DNA of 63,566 nt, counting the filler, from Platydemus manokwari (Eukaryota): assembly GCA_037951405.1 (NCBI GenBank). It is 6 parts of 6 records of this genome, joined end to end, with 100 filler letters (N's around TTAATTAATTAA, not from the genome) between each part and the next. Parts side by side here need not be neighbours in the genome. Positions count along the whole stretch, not along the records: positions 34,675 to 44,194 come from JBBMOY011237653.1; positions 44,295 to 53,947 come from JBBMOY011221987.1; 4 more parts are not named here. One strand, 5' to 3'. The translations under genes were made by a program, and so were the position numbers. The notes below the pieces were generated by a model. It searched no databases and had not been told where the DNA came from. It saw nothing but the letters and a program-made list of their open reading frames with translations. Below, piece by piece: positions 39,471 through 52,371 of the stretch. Position 1 is the stretch's first letter. The number at the start of each line of letters is the position of its first letter.

Positions 39471-39987
39471 TGGTATATTTAAGATGTGAGCTTACGTTTT
39501 GCTTGATACAAGAAATTAAATTTAAATAACTTTAGATAAATTTGAAATAACCCAATTATCAAAAGATATTATTTAAACAATTATTTTCATCAATCAATTA
39601 CGTTAAATGAAATGACATAAAATGAAAATAAGGAAATTAATGTAGAGTTTTAATAAAAATATTAAAATGTTGTTTTTTTTATTATAAATAAGTCAACAAA
39701 AATGCACTAAAATAAATTATTATATATTAGAGTACTGTAAAAATTTACATAGATTAAATAATTAAATTTCATTTACTTCTTTTAATATATGGTATTTTTT
39801 AAAAAATTAAAGTTTTCCTGATTTATACATTGAATTAGGATCCAATGATCTATTTCTGTTTTTATCTATCGTGGTAAATATTTTTCAGAGTCGAAAGTTA
39901 TCTTAAATTGTAGATTAATATAAATAAAAGAAAGATAAGACATTATTATAAAAGCAATTACAATTATGTTTATACTTGTTGATATTT

Positions 39988-40514
39988 TGAGGGTCCACAA
40001 CTTCGATCTATTTCATCAAATAAAGATAAATACCAATAAATTAAATAAACACTTTACTGGGTTATGTATGAATAAATTGGTTTCATGATTTTGCTGTGTT
40101 GAGTGCGATGAAATTCCGCAAAAAGAAAAACGAATTTGCACCTTGGAACCCTTGTTTTGGCACTCTGAACATTTGCATGCCTGCACGAGCATACAGGCAT
40201 GATAATCGGCCAATCACAGCGAAGTTAGATAGTAAATTGCAATCAGGAAAAAGGACATAATTACTCAAAACACATATCTAGGGATTAACCAATCCCATTC
40301 ATGTAGAAACCTAAAAACTCAAAAAGAACACAGAAAGACAAACAACCAAATCAAATTGTAGTAGAACATGACACAGAGAAATACACACAGACCACAAGTA
40401 TAAAAACCAATGTAAAGACGGACAACTGCAAGTTAGAAGCCAGATTTTTGTGAAAATATTTTGATTATCGTGATTGCACATCAGTTATTTTAGTTGTATA
40501 TTGATTAATGTACA
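39988..40514 (+). repeat. Candidate 5' LTR of the contig-4 Gypsy element
   Basis: Ends ...TGTACA at 40514, followed by PBS-like TGGTGAGCCC (40520-40529) and then gag; TATAAAAA near 40399; left boundary uncertain. Confidence 0.45.
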
Positions 40515-40551
40515 TTATTTGGTGAGCCCTTATTCGAACATTTTTACGATT

Positions 40552-41110
40552 ATGCATTCAGAGAACCAATCTTCTTCAGGCCAACAGCCAATTCAACACC
40601 AGATACGACTGGTTCCCCAAGCTGATTTTGCTAGTTGCCTAAAGCTTCCTATCGAACAGCATGGTGGAGACCCAGTTGACTTCGTGGATTTTATGACAGA
40701 CTATTTTATGTACTCATCTGTATAAGGTTGGACTGAAAGGACAATGATCCAAAGACCTCCTCTTTATTTGAAAGGCGCAGCAAGAGAAGCCTACAACCAA
40801 ATCGATAGACGAAACATTGGCCAATGGACAGCAATGAAAAAAGCCTTATCACAGAAGCTAATCAGCGGAGACGCTGGCCGCATTATTCGTCAAAAATCCT
40901 TCTCCAAATCGCAGAAAACTAGTGAAACAGTAAGCGATTTTGCGTATACTTTGCAGAAACAGCATTAGGACCAAAATCGCAGTGGCCAACACAAACGCGA
41001 AATGTGATTGAAGATCAATTTTCGAAAGGAATGCATCAACACATCAGCACAGTGCTCAGCTCGTTGACTATACCACCTACGATGAACTCATCGAAAAAGT
41101 TATGAGGGTG
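40552..41110 (+). mobile_element. Degenerate Gypsy gag (capsid)
   Basis: GGDPVDFVDFMTDY...*GWT...LYLKGAAREAY...W..MKKAL...QKTSETVSDFAYTL (retrotransposon gag with an MHR-like QxxxE.V..F motif). Confidence 0.85.
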
Positions 41111-41406
41111 TAAATAAATTCCACATCGATAATTCGTTAGCCTGCCACATATGCCACAGAAACAGATCTCTCTTTTATGGGTAAAATTGATGATCAATTC
41201 AAAGTTAATTTAACAGAATCTGAATCACAAAATCAATGGGAATCAGAAATATCGATGATGAAAAATAAACTGGAACGATGGATCGAGAGGCTAGGAGGTG
41301 AAGAAGGGCTTAATTTAATGATCAAATCAAATAGATTGTTGAGATGGAGAAATGAAGATTATGTTAGTAGTAGTGAGAATATTGATGACGATGAGAGTAT
41401 TAAAAA

Positions 41407-42564
41407 ATGAGGAGTTGGAAAATAAAACTGGAGACTTGTATGATACGTTTTGACGAAATTTCGAGAATAGTTTGGAATACTTTGACGGACAGCCGTAAAC
41501 TTTCTAATTTAGAAAATGAATTATGTTTGGTTATGTCATCGCAGCTTTTGAGGAGTAAACCTATTAATTCAGAATTTATGAAGGTAATGACAGAAATGTA
41601 AGATTTTATGGCAGTTACTTGTAAAGGAAAAGATTTTGAGATTTTTGTTGAAAAGTGGTTAGGAGATTTGATTAAAGTAAAGCTAAATTCTTTTTCGAGA
41701 GTTCGAGATATTAGAAGCCAGATTGTCGGAGGAGATGCCCCGCTTAGGGGTTTGAATCAAATTCTATGTGATGATGATTATGTTATGATTTATGGCATCG
41801 TGCCAGAAAACGATATTGTTGTGAAAATGGAAAAAGGATGTATAGGAGAATGGAGAAACTCTGCTGATATGTTAACACAGGTGAGTATACTTTTAAAAGA
41901 AGAGGCTTTGAATTTTAGCGAAATAGTGAAAAATTTGGAAATTATCAAGTAAAACATATAAATGTTTCATAATTTGAGTGAGTTAATATATTTGTAAGTA
42001 CCGTATATAGAACAATATTTACGTATTAATTCTACTTTCAGAAGTATTTTCACGTTGTGTGGAAAAATGTGGAAAAAAAAAGGCTTAAGTCTACCTCCTT
42101 TTGAGATCAGTTTAATGAAATTAGGAGTTGAAATAGAAAATTTCAAAGAGCATTGGTTTACAAAAGTAAAGAGAATCAGAAGAAGGATTTCAGAAAAGTT
42201 GATAAACGATGCAGTTATTATCTTATCATATTGTGGTCAAAATTTTGATGACGATGAATATTTGTTGAATTATGGATGTGTTACTGGAAAAGCGAATAAA
42301 ATTAACGTTGAAGTTCATTACGAGCAAGGCATTATAAATGAAAATGTAGAATATGAACGAGCCAATTTGCATAAAAATGATGTTACGTACGACATTCAAG
42401 AGGCAACATTTAACTTACCATTTTATCAAGATTTGGATTCTTATAATAATAATTATATTAATAATGATGCATACGTTGTTATTAAAATAGAAAATATGGA
42501 ATTTAATGAAATTGAATTAATAAATTATAAAAGTCGAATATATTTCATGAAATCAAAAAAATAA
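41407..42564 (+). pseudogene. Accessory ORF with two ubiquitin-like domains (~41635-41829, ~42100-42315), interrupted by in-frame stops
   Basis: ORFs 41407, 41608 and 42055 share one frame. FEIFVEKWLGDLIKVKLNSFSRVRDIRSQI...LRGLNQILCDDDYVMIYGIVPENDIVV and FEISLMKLG...FTKVKRIRRRISEKL...LSYCGQNFDDDEYLLNYGCVTG...INVEV follow the ubiquitin pattern IFV..L.G..I...V..IK.KI...L.F.G..L.D...L.DY.I. Confidence 0.62.
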
Positions 42565-42603
42565 GAAAAGTAAAATATTAAGAAGTGGAATGTTATCCTT
42601 TAA

Positions 42604-42796
42604 CATTTAACAATTTTTATGATGATGATAATTATATTTGGCTTCGGTAACGAAGTTAGAAACTTAATTGCATACGATAGCTCTAAAACAGAGATGGGAA
42701 AAATTTATTAATTAATGGATATAACGGAATGCCCAGAAGCATATCCGATGAAAATCTCTAGTGGCAAAAATGAGCATTATTTTCTACATCAGGAAG
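42604..42796 (+). pseudogene. Env-like glycoprotein N-terminal remnant (signal peptide plus AYD[C] motif)
   Basis: IFMMMIIIFGFGNEVRNLIAYDSSKTEMGKIY*LMDITECPEAYP...LHQE, in the same frame as the UBL ORF; resembles the LxAYDC...YSL.DV.EC...Q start of chuvirus-like/class III retroelement glycoproteins. Confidence 0.5.
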
Positions 42797-44194
42797 CTAT
42801 AGGAAATTTATACAAAATTTCTTGCATATTGCTCATCCTATTAACACACTACTTAAAAAATGCAACATTTCAATGGTTAGAACAGAAACAAAAAGCTTTT
42901 AAATTACACAAACAAAAATTAACTACTAATTCCATAATACGACATCCAGATATGAAGAAACCCTTTACTGTAAGGACATATGCTAGCGGGTTTGCTATTG
43001 GTGCTGTATTGGGACAGCATGATGATGGCGTTAAGGATCACGTTATTGAATACTCTAGCAGGGCTTTGAAAAAATACAAAAAAATTATTCAACTATAGAA
43101 AAAGAAGCATTAGCAATTATTTTCTCAGTAGTACACTTTCGACAATATTTACTAGGACATAAAATTATATTATATACAAATCATAACCACATAAAATGGC
43201 TTATGAATCACAGAGATGTTGCTAGTAGACTAATTAGATGGCTCATGACACTCCAACAGTATGATATTGAAATTAGATATAGATCTGGAAAATCAAATGC
43301 AAACGCAGATACACTATCGAGAATTAAGGAAGATGAAATTGCCTATAGAAAAACCTCTTTTACTATTTTAATGGCAGCAAGAGACGCTACGTACATGAAT
43401 AAATTTAAAGATGATCAAGAAAATGATAGTGAAATTAAACGAATTAAAACATCATTGGAAAAACGAGTTTGTAGTGTAGACCCAAAGCAATTAATACAGC
43501 TTGGATACTTTATACATAAGAGTTTATTAAAATATTATACTGGTAAGGGCATATTATTAGTAGTACCTGAAAAACATAAACATATTTTACTCATGCAGTA
43601 CCACGACGGCGCATTAGGAGGTCATTTGTCCCCTAGAAAGACATTATCTAATCTAAAATCAAAAAAATATTATTGGATTACAATGGAACAGAATGTTAGG
43701 TCCTGGTGTAGATCTTTCAAAATATGCACAATCAGACGAAATACTTGAGTACGGCCTAAAGCAATATTGACACCCATGCCAGTATCTTCTGCACCAAAGG
43801 TAATGGCAGCCATGGAGATAGTTGGACCATTTCCGGAAACTATAAATGGCAATAAATATATTTTTGTATTTTGCGATTACTTGACAAAATGGCCTGAGAC
43901 CTCCGCAATTAAAAATCAAAAGGCAGAAACAGTCGCTAATGTGTTTATAGAAAATATTGTTTTTCGATTAGAGACCCTTAAGAAAATATTAACTGACTGT
44001 GGTACTTACTTTCTTAGCGTACTATTCAAATCCATAATGGATCTTTTTGGAATTTTGAAACTAAACACATCACCGTATCATCCACGAATAGATAGACTGG
44101 TGGAGAGATTCAATGGTACTTAAATAAATATGCTGTCATCATATACTGGAAGAACTCAGTGAGATTTGGACCTGTATATCAACCCTTGCTTAAA
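42797..44194 (+). mobile_element. Degenerate Ty3/Gypsy pol: RT thumb, RNase H, integrase; cut by contig end
   Basis: YRKFIQNF at 42798; FQW...QKAF; ASGFAIGAVLGQ; NYSTIEKEALA; SRLIRW...GKSNANADTLSR; YHDGALGGH; IVGPFPET.NGNKYIFVFCDYLTKWPE; ILTDCGT; TSPYHPRIDRLVERFNGT. Confidence 0.95.
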
Positions 44195-44294
44195 NNNNNN
44201 NNNNNNNNNNNNNNNNNNNNNNNNNNNNNNNNNNNNNNTTAATTAATTAANNNNNNNNNNNNNNNNNNNNNNNNNNNNNNNNNNNNNNNNNNNN
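44195..44294. other. Artificial contig linker
   Basis: 44N-TTAATTAATTAA-44N. Confidence 0.97.
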
Positions 44295-45004
44295 TATGAA
44301 TTCTAAATATTTATTTTAAATATATATATATATATATGTACTGAACAAGTATTAATCACCACTGTATTAAAGGTATTTTCCTAGAATGTAATTTCTAATA
44401 AGTCTTTTACGAATCATTATTAAAATATCATTATAATTACAATGATGTTAATTAATCAGCATTATTATATATCCTGTGTGTTGAAGATAATCTAATAACT
44501 TTGAAGGCATTGTTGTTTGTTTAACTCAGTGAGTCACTAAAATGTGTAAGGTGTCTGTTAAAAGCTCCTTAAGAATTGTTGAGTCTGATTAATATTCAAA
44601 CCCATATAATGATCAAAGATAAACAAAATAAAATAGTTTTCTTTCACAAATTAATTTACTAAACTCTTCTTAATAATTAACCTACAATGTTAACCGCTGC
44701 TACCTAAATTAATACAAATCGACAGAGAATTTACAAAGTTTAATCCGATATTATAAATTAACAAAAAATATAAGGTATATTTGATAACGTATATTATTCG
44801 AATTTAATTTATGAAAAAAAATTATCGACATGTTGCATCTGGATTACATTTAAAAAACCAATAAAATGCCTTGAAATCCTTGATTAGTGTTTTCACAAAT
44901 GGTATTTTTATTGAAATGCTTCTAAATAATATTTCATTGATTTTGTGTATCTGGCTTATTCAGAATTATAATGAGCCATTTTTGAAAATATTTCATAAAC
45001 ATAA

Positions 45005-45048
45005 AATAATAATTATTATTATCATAATAATAATAATTATTATTATTA

Positions 45049-45100
<52 letters not shown>

Positions 45101-45480
45101 CGTTATTATTACTATNNNNNNNNNNNNNNNNNNNNNNNNNNNNNNNNNNNNNNNNNNNNNNNNNNNNNNNNNNNNNNNNNNNNNNNNNNNNNNNNNNNNN
45201 NNNNNNNNNNNNNNNNNNNNNNNNNNNNNNNNNNNNNNNNNNNNNNNNNNNNNNNNNNNNNNNNNNNNNNNNNNNAAAGTAGTTATTATTATTATTATTT
45301 CTAGATCATGAAATTTAAATTTTATTTCGTTAATTCTTTCTACAAATGAATTGAAATATTTGGAAACTGTAATGGTCAATTAGTGATTTTTAATGTTTAT
45401 ATTATTATTATTATTAATATTATGATTATGATTATGATTATGATTACGATTATTATTGTTACTATTATTATTTTATTATT
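45005..45480. repeat. (TAT)n microsatellite region spanning a scaffold gap (N 45116-45275)
   Basis: TTA runs on both sides of 160 N. Confidence 0.9.
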
Positions 45481-45779
45481 ATTAATTTATATGTGTGTAA
45501 TTTAAACATTTCTAGCTTTTTATGAATTGTGAAGCGAATTTATGATTTATGAAGTCGAGAGATGATTAGAAATGGATTTTTTCAAAAGAAGGGCGTAAGA
45601 AATATTATTTTCGATTCTAGATTATATTAAGACAAAATTTCGATCGAATTTTCAAGGTTTGGAATCAGTACTGAGACTAGCCATCACTAAAATTGAGCGA
45701 AAATGTGATGATTTATGACAGAATATGGAAAATTGTTTTTATTATTAAATATTTAATTTTGTTGCCAATTCTTAACACT

Positions 45780-46760
45780 CGGACAATGAAACCATGATGG
45801 AACAAAGTCCGTGAGGTGGTCAAATATGCTGCGAATAAACTGCACATAATTGTTCGCTTTGAAACAATTAATGGTGCCCTCATGCTCAAAATCTATCAAA
45901 ATATTAAAACTCCAATGGTCTCAGTTATACGAATGCAGTGACATTGGAACCAAAGAATATTAAACAAGCTCCGAAACTCGATGGTGTTTCATTCAATCAA
46001 ACAAAATCCAAAGGAATGAACAAATCAGAAGTGGGAGATACGATATTTTATGTGGTAAGATTAGCTCTATGTGGAGCAAGACGATATTCCATGAGCACTT
46101 AACCATTGGAAAGTTTGAAATTATCAACAAAGCCTAAACTGTTACCTTACTGAATTTGAACAAAAAATACATGAAGAGCATGGCGTGCCATAAATATCTG
46201 TACCCAATGGAATCACAGACATAATATCAAAATGTGTAAACCATCTAAGTCGTTTGTAACTTTTAGACACAATGAAGTTATGGAGATTGTAGCAAAGTGT
46301 ATGGAATATCATATGGATTATAGAATCTTTACAGATAAGAAATGTCAATTTGCCAACTCTAACTTCCCAGTCGAGTTACAAATAGTGAATGACAGTAAAT
46401 CTACCATCATATTAATTGATATCAAATGCCTCATTGATGAGCCAAAGCTAATTGATGAGACAAATCAGAAAAATTCACCAAGTACGACAGTCGCAAAAAC
46501 GAAGTCAAAAAGAACAAGTCAAAATTCAAGGTCCAACTTCACACTTTTAATCTAAAATTATGGAATTCTACGAAAATTGAGACTTAGCCAGTAAATGATC
46601 CCCAAACTAATGATGAAATACATAAATTCAAATATCAATGCGTCTTACCTTCAATGGCAGTTGTACACTGGTAAAATAATCGCATATTGCCTTAAATCAA
46701 CGAGAACTAAAGATGAATACTATTCACAGTTGGACTTCGACTCTGAGTATTATAGCTGAG
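45780..46760 (+). mobile_element. 3' fragment of an RLE-type non-LTR retrotransposon (R2/NeSL/R4-like), degenerate
   Basis: DIISKC...TFRHNEVMEIV (end of CCHC plus RHN motif), ELQIVN...IILIDIKC..D (decayed PD..D endonuclease) and K...KY. Confidence 0.7.
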
Positions 46761-47469
46761 CAATCAATCAATAAATAAACGGACTTAGCCTAGAAAAATG
46801 TGAAAATAGGTTCAATAGCAAGAGAGGATCTATGTTATAAATCGTGATTTATCACGGCTAACATACTAATCATTATCTTAAATAAATATTTATTTTTTTA
46901 TTGTGCTTGCACCCTGAAATTCATTTTCAAGAAGTATATCGATAACTACATATCGTGCTCAAATTTATAACAAATCAGAATATATTCTAATATCAGAGAA
47001 AATCGACAGAACTACAACGACATAAACATTAATCATGAAAGGCTTGGAAAATAAATTAGTCTAGAATCTTTCAAAACCAATCTCAAATAAAACTAAAAGA
47101 CAAATATGGTATGCGCGTATTGGATAGAACAATATCAGTGATATTATGCCACCAAGAGACTACAAGGCGTATTGATCGAAATCTATACACAATGGATTTC
47201 GTCAAGTTGAAAGTAAAAAGATAACTATGAACGAAAATCAGATGAACACATTATATCGTCTGTGAAAAGACCAGGAAATGAGACTAGAAAATCAAAAATA
47301 TAATTATAATAAAAATAAATGAAAATGAGCTTAACATGTCACTTTAATCGTGAAAATACAAATTAATAATAAACTATTAATAATTATTTTTATAATAATA
47401 AATAAATAAATTTAATAATCAATAAAATAAATGGTATTATTTTTATGGAATTAAGGGCCAAATACCAAT

Positions 47470-47810
47470 TTAATCAGCTTTGGTAAGCCCTTTGAAGTAA
47501 AATACTAATTTAATAAAATTGGTGAGAAAAATAACATTTATAGATGGTGATAATCAATAAATGAAAATTTATTGCACAGTAGTGAAAATAAATCGGTATA
47601 AGCACCAAGACAATCCTAATAAGAATGTCATTATCAGACTTTTGTGACAATCGATAATAAAGAAGTGAAGGAATTTGATCAAGTTATCAGACCCTTACAT
47701 CTGAAGAAACATATTAAACGGCTTATAATTTATTTCAAACCCTCAAGAAACTAATGAAAAGGTCAGAACCGCACAAGGGATAATTTTAATTCTTCTACAT
47801 TTCGGTAAAA
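47470..47810 (+). mobile_element. Possible piggyBac transposase relic
   Basis: GQNRTRDNFNSS at 47761 resembles the piggyBac GRNIT.DNFFTS motif; weak NPNK upstream. Confidence 0.3.
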
Positions 47811-48390
47811 GTAGAATTGTTTACACGCTCGAAGAGCCGTAAACTATTGCATTATGGTAAAGCTATTTACGATAGTGTTTGGGTGATCATTAGTTGACAA
47901 AATTGGTGCGCGGACTAAATCTGTTTTTGTTAACTGAAATTTATGAGAGATTTATCTATTGTTTTATCGGTTGTAATACATATTTGGTTATTTTGAGTAG
48001 AATAATTAAACGAGAATTTGCATTCCATACTGGTTAGAATCAACATCTACGTTAAAAGAGAGGTATGTCAGGATCATACAGAAAATCGAAACAATGGCAG
48101 ATATCAAAGATTTGGATACTACTTGATAGAGTAAAAGAACTTGTTTGTTGCCAATGATGTATTGAATTTGACGTAACTTTTAAGATAACACAAAAGCCAA
48201 TTTGGAACTGTTGCGTATATTGTATTAGAAAGCCAAAAATAGTTTTAACCAGTTTTGAGATAAAATTTACATGAAAAATGCCTGACCAAAAAATACTATC
48301 AAAATTTGAAACTATAAAAATGACTTTACCATGACTTTTAGAAATGTAATTCTGATAACTGTTACAATGATAATAATATTCATAATATTA

Positions 48391-48543
48391 NNNNNNNNNN
48401 NNNNNNNNNNNNNNNNNNNNNNNNNNNNNNNNNNNNNNNNNNNNNNNNNNNNNNNNNNNNNNNNNNNNNNNNNNNNNNNNNNNNNNNNNNNNNNNNNNNN
48501 NNNNNNNNNNNNNNNNNNNNNNNNNNNNNNNNNNNNNNNNNNN
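48391..48543. other. Scaffold gap
   Basis: 153 N. Confidence 0.97.
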
Positions 48544-49450
48544 GAGTTTTGTATGCCATTTGATAGACATATTTGCTGCAGAAATAAAATGTACATATTA
48601 AATGTTATCTTACGATGATTGACTGGTAAAGGTAGGCAGGACATTCATTATTTAGTTTTTTATTTCATTGAACCAACCGAGTGATATCTCAACGAGATAA
48701 ACCGAATCGGGTTGAATAAAAATATTATCAAGAAATCAAATAATTTTTTTCTAATAATTTTATTTTATATTAATAAAGCTTATGGGATTCTTGTGTCAGC
48801 GTTTGTTGTGTCTCAGCACTTTTCTGTTGGTATTGGTCATATAAAACCGGTTCATTTGATAATATGATGTAATAACTAGTGGCATTATTATCATGTTATC
48901 ACTATTATATTATCATTCTTAACATCAATAAATTAACTCTTATAAAATCAGGGTGTGCTATTGATTACATTGCTTAATTTTCTTGTAATGGATACCTCTT
49001 CGATTCCTTCAAATAATTCAAATCCAATTCTAATATATTGTCAGATAATCATGAAAATTAGCTTATATTAACTTGTCAACACTTAGTATCTATCAGGTGT
49101 ACCGGTATGAAATGAGCACTTGACTCTCATGTCAAATTTATCGCTTTAGTGAAAATATTTTTAACACCATTTATTCAAATTTACGAATAAGATTTTGAAA
49201 ACTATATTTAGTTACACTACAGCGATGAAAACCGATGTTACTACTTTATGCTTTCTTCACTCAACCCACTGTTTTGATTTTGAAGAATTTGTCTTTTGGA
49301 TACCCAACAGGACTTTCATTCTGCGATTCATTGGATTCATTTTGAATGCCCAATGTGTTAGAGTCTGTATTAATCACCATCATAACTTAATATCTATACA
49401 TGTATTGCTTCTTGATTTTGTAATGATAATTTATTCGCACCTTTGAGTAT

Positions 49451-49712
49451 TGTAAGCCGCTACTGTTTTATAAAAAATGCATCGAAAACGAACTGAAAAC
49501 GACTCGACATTCAATTCTATTTTAAAGACAATTAGTTAAACAAATAAAGGAAATTTAATACCAAATTAAATTCGATATAAAATTAAATTAAAAAAAAAAT
49601 AAAATTCAATAAAAAATCAATTCAATACAACATTAAATTCAATATAAAACTCAATTTAATATAAATTAAATTCTATACTAATTCAAATTGAATTCAATTT
49701 GATATTCTCACA
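49451..49712 (-). mobile_element. Solo LTR, family A, with perfect 5-bp TSD
   Basis: AGTAT|TGTAAGCCGCTACTG...GATATTCTCACA|AGTAT. Confidence 0.9.
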
Positions 49713-52371
49713 AGTATGATGACTATTAATTGACCAAATATCTGTGTTGCATACAACCTCTGGGGTGACATAAATTTCATTTGCTAATGTTTCGAATATT
49801 TACTCGATACGTCCGATTTCTTATCAAATGCATAACATGCCATAATTTTTCAATTTTTTTTCAAAATTTCTGTTCACTGAAATAATAAACAAATCCTGCT
49901 TTATCTTGTGTGTGATTTGCCTCTAGTATTATAATTGATTTTGTTATTGTTAATCACATTATCTGACTTTATAATGTTGTCACTCTCCCATTTTATTTTC
50001 GAACTTCATATCAATATTTCACCTCGATTTTATCTCCAATAATTGTCCCGTCATTATATCTTCAATTAATCCTGAATCTTACCATGGGCTACAAAAATTC
50101 CGTTAAATGTTCATTAGTGGATCTATGCCACATAATTTCTACACCAAACTGAACAATAGCGGTTTTTTTTATCAAATTTCCGTCAGTATTTTGAAAACCT
50201 TTAAGTAGGTTTATTCTTCCTAAAAGATTAAATACCTTCGTATCAATTCGAGTCTTATTCTTAAATCAATTTCTGGTTAAAAAGACCGATTATAGTTATC
50301 TTCCAGATTTGTATTTCAATGTTTTAAATATAGTGCCCAATTTATTACGAATTCCTTCATCTCTTCTCCCCTCTACATCTCCATCAGGCATTAATCTTCT
50401 AAAAACTAATTTCGGTTTTATTGTCACCGTTGTAGTGGTTACTGCTTCTTTCTCCCTCTATATATTCATATTGCTAACATTTTCTCAATAAAATATTCGA
50501 TCGATTCCCAACTATTATCTTGTTCGATTTCATATTCCTACCATCGTTGCAAATCTAATTATCATCACAAAACTCATATTTTTTCCATTGCGTCAGTGAT
50601 CAATGAACCGTTAAACAGGATAATTGTAAGAAGGCAATTTGTAGTTATGACAACATAATTTCTGAATAATGAGCAAGCGTAATTTCTGTGTGGAAAACCA
50701 AAAAATAATTCTCTCAATAATTTTAAATATTTTTCAACTTATTTTACTTTTTGAAAAGAATTACTTCCTGATCTCTCCAACTGAATGTTTAAAAAATATT
50801 TTCAAGCCTTCATATTATGTATTTTTGTACAAGAATTTTGGAAATTATTGATTGTGACTTTATAAATAAATTTCTTTTAAATTTATTGGTCTAGTTTGCA
50901 TCATTTAAGTAATCCTATAATTAATTATGTTTCCTTATCTGGATGCATCTTGTAGTTTACTCCTATTAGTGTCAATCTACTTCAATTAACTTTTCAGTAA
51001 ATACGATAGCTATTAATAATCAATAAACATCACTACTTTTTCTGGAACGAATATGAAGATATTAAGAGACTTCCAATGTGGAAACTCATATATTATAAAT
51101 GATCTTATTGAATTACAACTGAAATATTTTGAAATTCACTTTAAAGAGCTTTGAATAAGTCAGTAAAATACAAATCTTAACCTTTGAACAAAGTTCTGGG
51201 AATTTATGAAAATAAGATAACAGATTATTTGAACTATTAACATAGATAAGGAGAGAGGGGGGTATAATACACCCATTATTAAATAACCAGATCAATCATT
51301 TGCAAAACTGATAAATCTGAGATAGAATAGATCTTACTCACTGCATTAATATTGATTATAAAAAACATTAGTAAAAGTTAAAAGAACAAGAATATGTAGA
51401 GTTTAATGTGCCTAGTACGAGCGATATAGAATTGACCAAATTTTTGCTAAACTGATGGCACCATGACAAATGTTGGGGTATGTTGATTTGCACAAGATGT
51501 ACAAACATGTGCTAAAAAATAATATATAAAAGAATAGAGAATCTCAGTAACTGGTCATTTAATCTTGATGAAATTCAATTGGGATACAATCTTTGATTCG
51601 AATACATTGTACATTGGTTCTCAAGTAGCTGCAAGATAAGATAACAAGATGAGATAGCGAGATGAGATAGCGGCAGTATAAGTCATATTGTTGTAATGGA
51701 TAAAAAGAGTATCTGATGTGGTGTCTTCAACAGAAGTATTATGAGTGAACCCTTTACAAACGAATAAAACGTACCGAATTGTGATTAGTTAATAGTATGA
51801 ATGGTAATATTAGTTATATTTTTATAAATAAAGATCTTTTTAGATTAATTCCGTGCGGAACTAAAGAGTTGAAATGATTCTGATATAATATTAGATATCG
51901 TTTATTTAGAGTATTCCCAAATATAAGTTTTCATATCTCAAATAATAATAACAATTATTACTATTATTAAAATATCGATTTGAATACAAGATTAATGATG
52001 TACTTTTTCCAAAATCACTGATTTGGAGAAATAGAAACGAAATAGAAAAGTTGCGGTTATAATTATGTCATCAATGCAAAACTCATGCTTTTCAAATCTA
52101 AAAATAAAAACCAATAAAGGTACAGAAATCATTTAAAAACGGTGTATTGTTTCAAAAGCAATACAACATTGAAATACAACGCACATAAATTCAAAAATAT
52201 AAATTATAAAAATAATAATAGAATGAAATCTGGAAAAATAATTCGAACTGATTCTAATAAATAATATTTATTTATGGACATCTCAATTGGACACCAAGTA
52301 GTACACATAATCCTGGATGAAGAGTCCGGTACTCAGAAGTATTTATACTTAGAAAAATTACTAAACAGTTT

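Noticed and set aside
41407-42796. Repeated in-frame TAA stops suggesting stop-codon reassignment
   Set aside because: Host genes here have no internal stops and end normally (TAG/TGA). The retroelement stops include TAG and TGA, co-occur with frameshifts and replace different residues, consistent with neutral decay.
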